DNA of 64,000 nt from Callorhinchus milii (GCF_018977255.1 NW_024704743.1:32614001-32678000); one strand, 5' to 3'; counted from the stretch's first letter, positions 39,743 to 53,149 are shown. The notes: generated from the sequence alone by a model not told the origin. Numbers and translations: made by a program.

Positions 39743-42061
39743 CAGGGATGGGCAATTATTTTGGCTGGCGGGCCACTTCACGAGTTTTGGTAAGCTCCTC
39801 GGGCCACACACTTAACATAGATGCAAATGCTTAATAATCGCTCAAAATCAAATCTTACACTTGAACATGCATAAAATAAAGTCTATCACCTTTATCACCT
39901 CAAGGCTGGACTATGGGAACTCTCTCCTCGTCGGCCTTCCTGGCACCTCCCTCCACAAGCTGCAGGTCATTCAGAACTCTGCAGCTCGTGTACTGTCCCG
40001 CACCAGGCTTCGGGACCCCATCACTCCCACCCTCGCTCGCCTCCACTGGCTCCCCATCCCCCAGAGGATCGAATTCAAGATCCTCATCCTCACCTACAAG
40101 GCCATTCACGGCCTTGCTCCCTCCTACCTCTCCGACCTACTATCCCCCTACTTACCTGCCCGTACCGTCAGTTCCTCTGGCTCCGGTCGGCTCCACATCC
40201 CCCGCCCCAACCGCCCTACCATTGGTGGCCGGGCCTTCAGCCTCGAGGCTCTGGAACTCTATCCCCAAGTGCTTTCGCCTTGCCTCCTCCTTTTCCTCCT
40301 TCAAGGCTGGTCTCAAGACCTTTCTCTTTGACCGTGCCTTCAGCTCCCCTCTCGACTCTCTACCCCCTCCTCGCTCCCTCCCTTCCCTCCCCTCACCCTG
40401 ATCATTTCCCCCCAATGCTCGGTCCTGACCCAACTGTACAGCGCCTTGGGACGTCCTCCCGACGTGAAAGGCGCTCTATAAATGGAATCTTGTTGTTGTT
40501 GTTGTCTATATAATTGACATTCATTAAAATTAGGTTAAATAAAAACAACTCATTGAGCAGACATTTATTTGATACTTATTCATGTATTCACATATTGATG
40601 AGAATGTGAGAAGCTCACTCAATGGGAAGAATGAAAGCGCTGATGTGCGTTAACCAGACAACTGAAGTCAGGCATCGTCTCCGCTGTTGCAATGCGGAGT
40701 GGTGCTGCAAGGTGGTCATCAGTCATCACAGAAAATGTCTCCTCGCATAAGTATGTTGATCCAAACAGCAAAGCATCTTCCAGGCATGAGCCTTTATTTT
40801 TTGAAAGGTATATTCATTAAGAGAGGCACAAAAACTGGGAAGCAACACTGATTTGAATTGCTCTGCAAGCAATGGATCACACTGCAGGTCAATAAGCTCG
40901 AGTTGGAGGTCAAATGGGGCATTGTCAACATCAAATGAGAAAGATGAAGAGACCAAAGACAGGTCATTTTCAATCAAATTGAAATCCTAGAATCGGCGAG
41001 AAAATTCGGCATGAAAGTCAAGCAGTGACAAAGTATACTTTTTAAGGCTTTGATCACAAACAGTAATCTGCTGCAAACTTGGAAAGTGGGTGAACTGCCT
41101 GTTTCTTATCTGACTCGATAAAAGAAATAAAATGGGCTATGTCTTTGACATCACAACTCTCATCGAGTGCCAGTGAAAAACATGCAAAATTGCTTACTTT
41201 ATTTTGTACTGCAGAAACCGGTTCTCAGAGATATCTCCGATACATCTCACAATAGTTTGCCTTGGCAAGCTAGTGGTCTCAAACTGTTTTTTCTTATCTG
41301 GGCGTAAAATCGAGGCAGAGTCAACCATACATTGGTCTATAAATACTCCTTCAGAGGATAGTTTGCTGTTCTTGGCAATTTTGTGTGCAATCACGTAACT
41401 CACTCTTGTAATCTCATCCTAGGACACAAATTGTTTTATGGAAATGCTTTGCTCTTTTTGCATTTGAAGAACCATCTCATCAGCTTTCTTTCCTTTCTCT
41501 TTGGCCAGAAACGTTCTTATATTTGCAAGCATGTTTGCTCTCAAATTGTGATTCAAGTTGTAGTCTTTGAGCACTCCCACACTTTCTTTGCAAATTAAGC
41601 ACACAGCTTTTCCACCCACAATGGTACAAAAATATGTAGAAGTCCATTCTTTGTTGAATATTTGGCCTTCAGCGTCCACTTTCCGCTTCTTTGATAAACT
41701 CATTTCGAATTAACGTCCTCTTCAGTGAAAAGTACTGCCGCGGTTGCCGCACACGTGTTTGAAAATTTGCCGATCGGTACATTTCTGACGTCAGCCTGAT
41801 TCAACATTTAAGGGAGCGTGCGCACAACTAAGCAGTGCGATTGGCTGATGTTCCCCGTCAGATTCAAATGCAAAATTTGTGGAGAAAAAAATTAATGACC
41901 TTAGCAATTAAAAATCAATACTGTGACAAAAGTAAGAAATGTAAGCGACGCATTTAAAACTGACCCTTTCTGGGACTGAACAAACTATAATTTTTTCTAT
42001 TGCTAGACACAATGACGGGCTGGATAGAATAATTTGGCAGGCTGGATATGGCCCACCCCCG
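39743..42061 (-). mobile_element. hAT transposon copy 3, internally deleted, both ends present, with L2 insertion at 39884-40505
   Basis: Termini CAGGGATGGGC and gcccacccccg. Degenerate 8-bp TSD ctctaaag/gtttaaag. N-terminal MSLSKKRKVDAEG and C-terminal dimerisation region (QLELIDLQCD). Confidence 0.88.
39884..40505 (+). mobile_element. Young L2 3' fragment inside hAT copy 3
   Basis: Nearly identical (inverted) to 7049-7670; (TTG)n tail. Confidence 0.9.
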
Positions 42062-43921
42062 GTTTAAAGTGTCATCTACTTAGTCAGCTTGGCTCACTTG
42101 GCTACCCCACATGTTCAGAAAAATGAATTGCATGCTGTAGCTCATGGCACTACAGCGCTCTTGCTTTTGCTCGCAGTCTAGCACACAACACTGAGCTGTC
42201 TCTCTTGGGCATAGAGCCATGGGAAGAATCTTAAACACAGCCCCTTTTGGTTATCTCTGAAATGCCAGAGACCTGAGAGCAGATTGGCTGTTTGCGGGAC
42301 TTTACTGGGCACACTTCACGTTTGTTTATACACACACTCACTACACTAACAACAATTTCCTGTGAAGCAATTTGAGGAGGGTGCCTAACTCTAAATTAAT
42401 CCTTAGTTCAGGATGTGTTTACTGCGAGAAACCTTAGGCAAGTTTCCTTACTCCCCAGGTCTTCGTTTACCTAGCAGTAAGTAGGAATCTGGTTGTTAAA
42501 AGATTGGTGGATTGCTTTCTGGTAATATTCCTTCCATCCCCCAAAAAGTCAAATGCAAGGATTATTGTTATTGCATTTGACATCCAGGACTTGATGTCTG
42601 ACAGACAATCCTTCAGGACAGCAGTGGTCCTGGAGTTGACTGGCAGAGAGATAGAGTTGGGTATCATCCTCATACATGTGAAGTTAACCCCATGTCTGTG
42701 GATGATATCATCAAGTGTAAATATGAAAGAGGAGAGGACCAAGGACAAAGACCTGAGGCCAGGTGATGGTGTGAGGGCTGGAGGAGAAGCCGTTACTGGA
42801 TGCAAAGTGGAGATGGTGGGAAAGGTAAGAGTGAAACCAGGCAAAGCCAGAACTATGGAGGTGGAGCTGAGAGAAGAATAGAGTGGTCGACAGTGTTGAA
42901 GGTGGCAAAAAAATCGAGAAGGATGAGAAGAGACCCCTGGTCTCAGATGGGCAGAATGTCATTTGTGACTGAGGAAATCTGAGTATTTGAGAAAAACATG
43001 ACATATCCATCATTTGAAAATGAATTCAGACCGTTTAAGATTCAGTTTCGGTTTATCTAGATGTAAAGCCACAACTTCCTCCTTATGTACTTGCAAAATT
43101 TATTTTGAAACTTCAGAGTGGAAAATACAGTTCAGGGTATCGTAATTTTCACTGGTAATTGCACTCATATCACCTACTGCATATTGTACACCATAATGTG
43201 CCTGTCACTTATAATCTCACAGATTAGATCCAGCTGCTGTAATGCCAACTCCTCAGACTGTTTCAGTTCATGAGTGTCAATGATCTCAAGCTCCATGCTT
43301 AGTAGCACAATGACCTTTTACTTTTGACTATCCTCCTTCAGGGGCAGGCAGCGGGGTCTCCTTGGAGTTGAACTGGCTTCAAGGTGACATGCCTGGCAAT
43401 GGAATGTCGGAAATGGAGCCAGCCCTCTTTGCTGTCTCTGTAGTCCGGTTCCTGGGTCAGGCAGATGGATCACTCGGGGCAGGGCGTCATCCCACTCAGC
43501 TCCTGTTACCTCTGCAAGCCAAAGCCCTAACAGGTAGGGTGGTCCTAGCTGGAAAGCTTGCCAGACACAATATCAATGACAACCTATGCAGTTTTAGTTG
43601 GTTAGACTCCAGCAGTACTGCAACGCACACTATGGGGTCCCCAAGCCTTAGCTCTTGCCAACCTGTGTCTAATACTTTCCAGGATTAGGTAAGCAGGATG
43701 CATCCATTCCAAAAATCTGACTGGAGTTTCCAAGTGTAGACTGGATGCATGGAAATCTCAGTTTGGTTTGGATATTCTTAAGCATGGTGATGGGTTTCCG
43801 CATGTGTCAGACACCTGGCTGCCCCCCAAAAACTTTGTTTGCCAATGAGGGAGCTATTACCCCGCCCCACCAGCCCACATCCCATGGCACAGAATGAACA
43901 AACAGAGCCTGACTTGACCCT

Positions 43922-46900
43922 CGGGGCGAGCAATCAGGTCAGAGTGGAGGCGGAGCCTGGGCCTAGCGATCAGCATAAAAGGAGCGGCGGAGGTAAGCAC
44001 TTGGTCACTCGGGGAGAGTAATCAGGTCAGAGTGGAGGCGGAGGCAAGCTATCCTGAACTGAAAAAAAGAAAAAGTGACGTAGGTGTGACGTCATTTTTT
44101 TCAACAGCAGAATCAGGGACAAACATCGATAAACTGTCAGAAACTACAACACTGATAGCAAATTAAAGCCAAAAAAAAATAAATATTGAAAACAACGTGT
44201 GAGAAGATGATGTGGCAAGTGAAATGCGAGGACTGTGACATGTGGGAGTTAATGGAGGGTGCCCTGAGCCCGAGCGACTTCATCTGCAGCAAGCGTCTGA
44301 AACTCAGGAACCTAGGAACCTCCAGCTGAGGGTAGCTGAGCTGGAAGCCGAGGTGCAGACACTGCGCACCATCAGGGACAGTGAGAGGTTCTTGGACAGT
44401 ATGTTGGAGGAAATCATCACTCCCCTGAGGCTCGGGAGATGCTTGCATCCAGTTAATGCTCAGTGACAGGATGTTTTCATCAGTCCTGGAGATAATGGGA
44501 CCCCTGAGAGAGGGGTGATCGAGCCTTGGTCTTCAAACTTGATCAACGGATGTGAGTATTTGATGGACCAGACACCTCAAGAAGCAGTCAGCCCACCCCA
44601 CACACCGAGGGTTCAGACGGAAAATGACTGGGTGACTGTCCAGCATGGTAGGAAGAGGGGACGGGCTAGGCAGAATGCCCCCAATAGTGTAGCACTCTCA
44701 AACCGGTACTCTGTACTGAACATTGAGAGTGTGGATATCTCCAGGGAGGACAGTATAAACCAATTGATGGAACAGGGGGACATAGGTAACAGGAGTAATG
44801 CTGTTGTCATAGGGAATACAACAGTGAGAGAGGTATAGACCGACGTTTTTGTAACAGAAGACGGGGGTCAAGGATGGTATGTTGCCTCCCTATGCAACAG
44901 TTTTAGACATCGTAGAAAGGGTGGATAAAATTCTTCAGGGGGAAGGAGAACATCCAGAAGTGGTGGTCCAGGTTGGGATCCATGATATTGGTAAAAAAAG
45001 GGCTGAGACTCTACAGGGTGAATATCAAAAGCTGGGGAAAATACTAAAGAATCGAACATTCAAGGTGGCGATCTCAGGATTGCTCCCTGTGCCTCGGGCA
45101 AATAAGTACCAGAATGGCAGGATCAAGCCTATGAATGCTCGGCTGGAGAAATGGTCCAGAAAAGAGGGCTTCAAGTTTCTGGATCATTGGGACCATTTCT
45201 GGAGCAGGTGGGACCTGTATCATATGGATGGGTTGCACCTAAACAGGGCTGGGGCGAATGTGCTTGCAGACAGGCTAACTAATGCTGTTGGGAAGGGTTT
45301 AAACTAGTTTTGAGGGGGGAAGGGAATGCAAAAAACGAAGAGCTAGAAAATGGAGAAATAAAACAGGGGGGAAGTGCAGAACAGGTCAAGTCGGTCGTGG
45401 AGTGCATGTGCTTAAATGCACGGAGTTTAGCAAACAAGATTGGTGAGCTGCAGGCTCAAGTGGTCATAGGGGGATACAATGTAGTAGCAGTAACAGAGAC
45501 TTGGCTCAAGCAAGGACATGAATGAGAGCTGAATATTCCTGGCTACAATGTATTCAGGAGAGATAGGGAAGGAAAGAAAGGAGGGGATGTGGCAATGTTA
45601 GTCAAAGATACGGTTATAGCTGTGGAAAGGGTCGAGGTGCTGGAGGGCCCCAAAACGGAATCTATCTGGTTAGAGTTAAGGAACAAAAAAGGAGCTGTTA
45701 CGCTGGTAGGGGTATACTATAGACCACCAAATAGTGGGAAGGAAATAGATGAGCAGATCTGCAGGCAGATCTCAGACAGATGCAAGGCCAATAGAGTCAT
45801 GATAATGGGGGACTTTAATTATCTCAACATAGACTGGCAAAACAACAGTGCCAAGGGCAAGGAGGGGGAAATACTCCTAAAATGCATACAGGACAACTTT
45901 CTTGATCAGTACGTTTTCAGCCCAACAAGGAAGGAACCAGTGCTAGATCTAGATCTGGGGAATAAAGTAGGACAAGTGGAGCAGGTTTTAGTGGAAAGAT
46001 TGGCAGGTAAAACAACTAAAGAGCAGTGGTAAGTCTTCAAGGATGAAATAGCTCGGGGACAAAACAAATACATTCCCACAAAAGGGAAAAGTATGGCTTC
46101 CAAACCTCCGTGGATGACGAAGGTAATTGTATCTAAAATGAAGCAGAAAAAGGAGGCGTATGACAAATGTCAAACCCAAGGTACAGAAGACAACCAAATC
46201 GAATACAGGAAGTGCAGAAGGAAATAAGGAAGCTTATTAGGAAATAAGGAAATAAAAGCTAAAAGATTTTTCGAAAAAAGGGTAGTGGGTAACATTAAAG
46301 GGAATTCTAAAATATTTTACAAACATATCAAGGAAAAAATGTTAGTCAAAGGTAGGGTGGGGCCAATTAAGGACCAAGGGGGAAATCTTATTGCGGAGGC
46401 AGAGAGCATAGCTGATATGCTGAATGAGTACTTTGCATCTGTCTTCACAAAAGAAGTGGATGCACCAAATGCCGCAGTATCGGAGGAGAGGGTAGAGGAA
46501 ATGGATAGGATAAGTATAAACAAAGAAGAAGTACTGAAAAGGTTGACTGCGCTGAAGGTAGATAAGTCGCCCGGTCCGGACGGAATGTAACCAAGGTTAC
46601 TATGGGAAGCACAAGAACAAATAGCGGAGGTTTTGGCTACAATTTTCCAATCTTCATTGGACACAGGAGTGGTGCCAGAGGACTGGAGAGTGGCCAATGT
46701 GACTCCCCTGTACAAAAAGGGACAGAAGGACAAACCTGGGAACTACAGGCCAGTCAGCCTAACATCAGTAGTGGGGAAACTCCTGGAGACTATAATCCGG
46801 GACAGAATAAATCTTCACTTAGAAGAATATGGGTTAATTAGGGACAGCCAGCACGGATTTGTTAAAGGCAGATCTTGTCTAACAAATCTAATAGAATTTT

Positions 46901-48136
46901 TCGATGAGGTAACGGAGAGGGTGGATGAAGTAGTGCAGTTGATGTAGTTTATATAGACTTTCAAAAGGCATTTGACAAAGTGACACATGAAAGACTTGTA
47001 AGAAAGATAGAAGCCCATGGTATAAAAGAGACAGTGGCAGCGTGGATCCAAAACTGTCTGGGAGACAGAAAGCAGAGATCTGTGGTGAATGGCTGCTTTT
47101 CTGACTGGAGGTAAGTGTACAGTGGTGTCCCCCAAGGATCGGTATTAGGACCACTGCTCTTCTTAATATACATAAATGATCTGGACTTGGGTATAGCAAG
47201 CACCATTTCCAAGTTTGCGGACGACACAAAGTTAGGTAGGGTGATAAACAGTGAGGATAGGAGTCAACTGCAAGAAGACATAGACAGAATGGTAAAATGG
47301 GCAGACACATGGCAGATGAGTTTCAATGTAGAGAAATGCGAAGTAATGCATTTTGGTAGAAAGAATGAGGGGAGGCAATATAGGCTGGTAATACAATCTT
47401 AAGGGGTGTAAAAGAACAGAGAGACCTGGGGGTGCAGCTAAATGAATCCTTGAAGGTGGCAGGACAGGTAGATAAGACTGTATAAAGGGCAAATGGGATT
47501 TCAGGCTTTATAAATAGGGGCATAGAGTACAAGAGTCAGGAGGTTATGATTAACCTATATGAAACACTGGTTAGGCCTCAGTTAGAATATTGTGTCCAGT
47601 TCTGGGCACCACACTGTAGGAAGGATGTTAAGGCATTGGAAAGGGTGCAGAGGAGATTTACGAGGATGGTACCAGGAATGAGGGACCTTGATTATGAGGA
47701 AAGGCTGGAGAGGCCGGGATTATTCTCATTGGAGCAGAGAAGGCTACGAGGAGACCTAATAGAGGTCTTCAAAATCATGAGGGGATTTGATAGGTTAGAA
47801 AGGGAAAAACTGTTTTCACTGGTGGGTGTGTCGGTGACTCGAGGTCACAGATTTAAAACAGTTTCTAAAAGAAGCAGAGGGGAGGTGAGAAGACATTTTT
47901 TCATGCAGCGAGTTGTTCGAATCTGGAACTGATTGCCTGAAAGGGTGGTCAAGGCCGATTCGATAACTAGTTTTTAAAAACGTGGTGGACAGGTATTTGA
48001 GGAGGACGGGTTTGTAGGGTTATGGAAAAAGGGCTGGGGAGTGGGATTGACATTAATTGCTCTATTCAAAGAGCCGGCACAGACTCGATGGGCCGAATGG
48101 CCTCTTTTTGTGCTGTACAATTCTATGATTCTATGA
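43922..48136 (+). mobile_element. Near full-length degenerate CR1 LINE (in GCNT7 intron 1)
   Basis: ORF1 zinc-finger/leucine-zipper (LQLRVAELEAEV) and esterase (DGLHLNRAGA). ORF2 endonuclease (VTETWL, MGDFN) and RT ([25 protein letters not shown]). Tail ttctatgattctatga. Contains stops and frameshifts. Confidence 0.95.
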
Positions 48137-48949
48137 CCCTACTCAGAATGGGGGGTGGAGCTTGGCCAAACAATATTTATCTAAGATGTATTCTTCCTTT
48201 CTACCACTAATTATGATGGTACTTTCATTAAAAGCCACTGTTGCTTGACTGGAACTTTGACTCATTGCGGTAAGGAATCCACATTCAAGCTGATAAATGG
48301 CTACTGCGGAGTGTTTCTAAAGCAATCCAAACCCGCATTGAGAAATTTCCATGCAGGCCAGTTCCGCAGGCGAACCTTCTAAAAGTGGCCCAACCTAGGG
48401 AACTAAATATTGACTAACAATAATACTTTATTGTACTAATAATCCTTGATTTTGATATAGCACCATATCATGTCATTGAGATGTCTCAAAGCGCTTCACA
48501 GAATATACTGTAAAGTGAATTGGCTGTATATTTTGTGGGCGAAACGTGGCAGCCAATTGCGCACAGCAATGTCCCACAAACAGTCGTGGAAATGAGTGAC
48601 TTATTTTATTAGTGACTATTAATTTAGGTTCAGGGCTCAGCCACACTGGAGGTTATTCACCTGAACACAAATGTAACTCTTCCCTTTCATGAGTTTGGTA
48701 GCCTTAGGCCAGTTTCCTACACAGAATTCACAGCCAGTAGTATAAAGTAACCACTTGTTGCAACAGTTTCTACATAATTACATCACAGAAACAGGCCATT
48801 TGACCTAACTAGTCAATGCTGTGTTTATACCCCACATGAGCCTGAATGCTGCTTCACATAAAAACCGAAGAGTTAACTCAGTATATTTCCTAAATCTTCA
48901 GGAGAGAGGGTGGCGGCTAAACTTCCAAAGCTATTGATAATTAAAAGCA

Positions 48950-50875
48950 GCCATCATCATCCCACCTTCAAAAAAACCTTCCCTTGATCCATCTCTGTTC
49001 TCAAACTATCGCCCCATCTCCAACCTTCCTTTTCTTTCCAAGATCCTGGAATGAATCGTTGCTTCCCAGTTTTCCTTTTTCCTCTCCCGGCACTCCCTCT
49101 ATGAACCTCTCCAATATGGTTTCTGTGCTGCCCAAAGCGAAGAGATAACAACAACAACTTGTATTTACATAGCGCCCTTCACCCAGCGCATCTTGAAGCA
49201 CTTAACAGAGGCGGTGGAGACCAGCAAGGAAGGCATTGGAATAGTTGAGGTGGGAGGTAACGACAGTGTGAATGAGGGTTTTGGCTGCGTTGGGGGTGAG
49301 GTACAGTCGGAGATGGGCAATGAGAAGGAGGTGGATGAAAGCGACCTCTGTTAGGGACCGGATGTAGGTAGGAAGGACAGCTGGGGGGTCAACCCGACAT
49401 CTAGGTTTGGAACAGGTTCTGTAAGTCATTGGAGAGTCTGGAGAGGTTGAGGTCAGAGCTGCAGGAGAAAAGAAGTTGATGGGAGCCAAGGAGGGACATA
49501 GAGTAGGCGGGTGCCATATGGCTTCTGGTTTGTTGACGTTCAGCTGCAGGAAGTTTGACTCATCTAGGCCTTGATGTCTGACCAACAAGCTGGCAGGACA
49601 TAAGCGGACCTGGAGTCACAGCTGGATGAGGAGAAGTAGATGTGGATGATGTCATACTCACATATGTGGAAGTTCACCCTGTGTCTGCAGATGACATTGC
49701 CAAAAGGGAATTAAGGAAAAGGAGGGGGCCAAGGATGGAGCCGTGGTGTACACCGCAGGTGCAGGGGTGGGAGGTAAAAAAAAAACGTTTGTGGAGACAA
49801 AGTGATGGTGGTTAATTAAGTAGGACTCAAACCAGGCGATTGTGGTCCCACTGAGGTAGATGAGGGAGGAGAGGCGGCGGAGGAGGATGGCATGGTCGAC
49901 TGTGTCAAATGCATCAGAGAGGTCCAGGAGGACAAGAGGGCAGAGGAAGCCCCGGAAAGCGTCGACCTTAGTCAAAGTTATGAATGACATTCTCCTCATC
50001 CTTCTCAATCTTCTGCCATCTTCAACACTCTTGATCACTCTATTTTCCTTTACTATCTCTCCTTTCAGCTCCACCTTCATGGCCCTGTCCTTGCCTGGTT
50101 TTGCTCTTACCTTCACTCAATTCTATCTCTCTGCCTCCAGCCTTCGACTCCAGGAACACTGCTGTCCTGACTGAGTGTCCATCAGACATCAAGTCCAGGA
50201 TGAGAGCCAATTTTCTTCAGTTGAATGTCGACAAAACCAAGGCCTTCCTGTTTGGCTGCCATCAGTGTCTTGTCATCTCAGCACTGACAGCATCACTTTT
50301 CATGGATGCACTCTTCACCTCACCTCTACAGAACCTCGGTGTTTTGTTCGACCCTCAACTGTCTTTTAAAACCTACATCTGTGCCATTACCTGTTCGTGT
50401 CCTCTCCCGCACAAAGCCTCATAAACCTATCGCCCCTATCCTTGCCCGGCTTCACTGGCTCCCCATCCCCCAGAGGACTCAGTTCAATATCCTTGTCCTC
50501 ACCTTTAAAGCCCTCCATGGTCTTGCTCCTTTCTGTCTCTGAAACCTACTAAAACTTTACCAACCTGTCTGCCCTCTCCACTTGGCTGCCACTGGCCTGC
50601 TCTATATCCCTCCCTTACCCACTCACATCAGGATCAGGCCTTTAGCCTTTCTCAACCTCCTTCTGGAACTCCATCTAATAGCCTCTCCATCTCATCCCCT
50701 CCCTTGCCTCTTTCAAGGCCCATCTCAAAACCTTCGTCTTTGACCGTGCCTTCCGTCATCCTCCCACCTCCACCCCCCTTGCCCTCCACTGCTCTGGACT
50801 CCAACCCCCCAACTTGGGTGCAAACCTTTGACTGTTCAACGCCTTTGGATGTCCTCCCGACGTGAAAGGTGTCAG
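48950..50875. mobile_element. Mosaic of L2 fragments in both orientations
   Basis: LLDLSDAFDTVDH (minus), NFLQLNVDKTKA and LHWLPIPQR (plus). Confidence 0.8.
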
Positions 50876-51838
50876 ATCACTGCGATTTGTTAATTTTTAT
50901 CGTTGCTGAAGGTAGGTTTGGATCCTACTTTTCAGCTGCGCGATAATTGTTCCTACCCACAACTCTGGAACCGATTGTTGCCTTTATTCACCGCACTATT
51001 GTGACAGTACAAAAGCACAGCTACAAACTGGCACAATTTGTGAAATGACCGACCATTGTGTTTTAAATTTTGATGTGGATGCTTTTTGTCAGACCATTGC
51101 ATTCTGATCAGGAGCAGTCATTCTGTCAGTGCGTGAGTGTGGTGAAGAGGCCTGGCCGACATTCTGGGATCAATCAGAGGTCGAGGCTCAGAGCTCTGCC
51201 TTTTAACAATCTGTGAAGCTGCCCGCTTGTTTGCTCTTGGCTGACATTGCAGCTCTCCCTTCTGCAGCACTGTACCATGGTACACAACAAGAACATATTG
51301 CATTCGTATAGCATCGGGAGGATGTCACAAGGTGCAACCGATTCTTACGGACAATTAGCCTCTCGGTTACGAGACAAACTTGCATTCTCATCGAGTGCTT
51401 CCCCGTGACAGTGGGTAAGCATTTTCAGATTGAGTTCAGCGTCTAAAATTTTGTCCACAAAATATACAGTCAATTCACTTTACTGTATATTCTGTGACGC
51501 TCTTTGAGAAGTCCCAACAATGTGATAAGGCTCTATATAGTAATAAAAATTTGGTTACCCAATCCACATTTGTGGGACACTGCTGAGAGCAATTGGCTGC
51601 TGCGTTTCACCAACAAAATATATAGTCAATTCACTTTACTGTTTATTCTGTGAGAAGCTTTGAGACTTCTTGATGACGTGATAAGGCGCTATATCAAAGG
51701 CAAGGATTCTTATTGTTATGATATCAAATGCAAGGATTATTATTTTACAAAATGCTTAACACTACACCCGCTTGTCATGAGCGCTGACCTCAATCCGCTG
51801 TAGAAATGTGACACTGCAGTGATAGCGAAATGATGTAC

Positions 51839-52811
51839 CTGCTATGCGATTTAACGTCACCCAATAATGTTCGTCGGGGCTGTAGGTATCTCTTGACCAT
51901 CGAAGCAAGTCCTTGGCTCGTTGGTCCTTCAACACGAAATGAACAAACTCTGCGGTGAGGGCGTAATAGGCAGATCCAAAGTAGAGTTTGAGGCCGTGAG
52001 GGACTGCATCTCCCTTTTTGGTCCGGGTTTTGATGACATAAGCCTCCTGGGGCGAGATGTACTCCCTGTGGACATGCGCGGTCCTGTGCCTCATGTGGCT
52101 GGGCTGGAGGATGCCGGGGGTGATGTTCTTGTCTTTCCACTGGTTCTTGAGGGTTTGCACGATGTCGCGGTTGGTCTTGAGCGGGTAATCCTGGCCGCAC
52201 AGGTTAATGACATACTTCCACCGGACGGGCGACACGATCAGGTCCTGCATGCAGTTCACGTCGGCCTGCAGCCGCGAGAAGCCACCGTACACGACCCGCT
52301 CCCACTTGGAGGCCAGGAAGACGTTGTCGAAGCAGCCGGCCAGCATCCTCACCCCTCGCTTGAACTCCCGAGACGTCTTGTTGTCCACGTGGATGCAGTA
52401 CACGTTCTGGGGCATGTACAGCCCTCGGAAGAGCCATTCCAGGGTCTGCAGGTCCTTGTGGACGGTGAGGATGTACGCCAGCGGGAAGTCGGCCTCCTCC
52501 CGGGACAGGGGCTGCGTGATGTAGTGGTGCTCGTGCACCAGCCGCGAGCAGTTGAAGGGCCGGTCCGGGTCGAACGGGTCGAACGGGTCGGGCCGGTGCA
52601 GCTTCTGGCACTCGGCTCCGATCAGGGCGGCCGCGGGTTTGCCCTCGAACAGGGCGGCGCACAGCTCGCCCGGGTAGTCGCCGCACTTCGCACCGTCGAA
52701 GCTCCAGGGCCGGGGCCGGGGATCCCCGACTCGGCCGCTGATGTAGATGCACAGACAGATCGCGCTGCCCGTCACCGCGCACAGGAGCAGACCCAGTCTG
52801 GGGGGATTCAT
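51839..52811 (-). CDS. GCNT7: GCNT7-like beta-1,6-N-acetylglucosaminyltransferase, coding exon 1 of 3
   Basis: ATG at 52811 gives [27 protein letters not shown] (type II membrane anchor). Stem [16 protein letters not shown] resembles the GCNT7 stem as I recall it. GT14 motifs [57 protein letters not shown]. Ends GCA G|gtacat (phase 1), 973 nt. CpG-rich. Orthology call is from memory. Confidence 0.9.
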
Positions 52812-52900
52812 CAGGGTGGGGGGGGGAGGGGGGAGGGGGGGGGGGGGGGTCCGCCCTTCACCGGCTGCCCGGGCACCGGCCCCAACCTGTCTGCATGTTT

Positions 52901-53137
52901 CACACCCCCTCACACTCACTCACTCACTCACACACTCACTCACTCACTCACTCACACACCCACTCACTCACACCACTCACTCACTCACATCACTCACTCA
53001 CTCACTCACTCACTCACCACTCACTCACCACTCACCACTCACTCACTCACTCACTCACTCACTCACACTCACTCACTCACTCACTCACACACTCACCCAC
53101 TCACTCACTCACCCACTCACACACTCACACACTCACT
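52901..53137. repeat. (CACT)n microsatellite directly upstream of the GCNT7-like ATG
   Basis: Directly visible. Confidence 0.95.
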
Positions 53138-53149
53138 CCTTCCTCTCGT

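Noticed and set aside
28197..52811. Single GCNT2 gene with two alternative first exons
   Set aside because: Each first exon has its own downstream exons 2 and 3 and its own stop codon.
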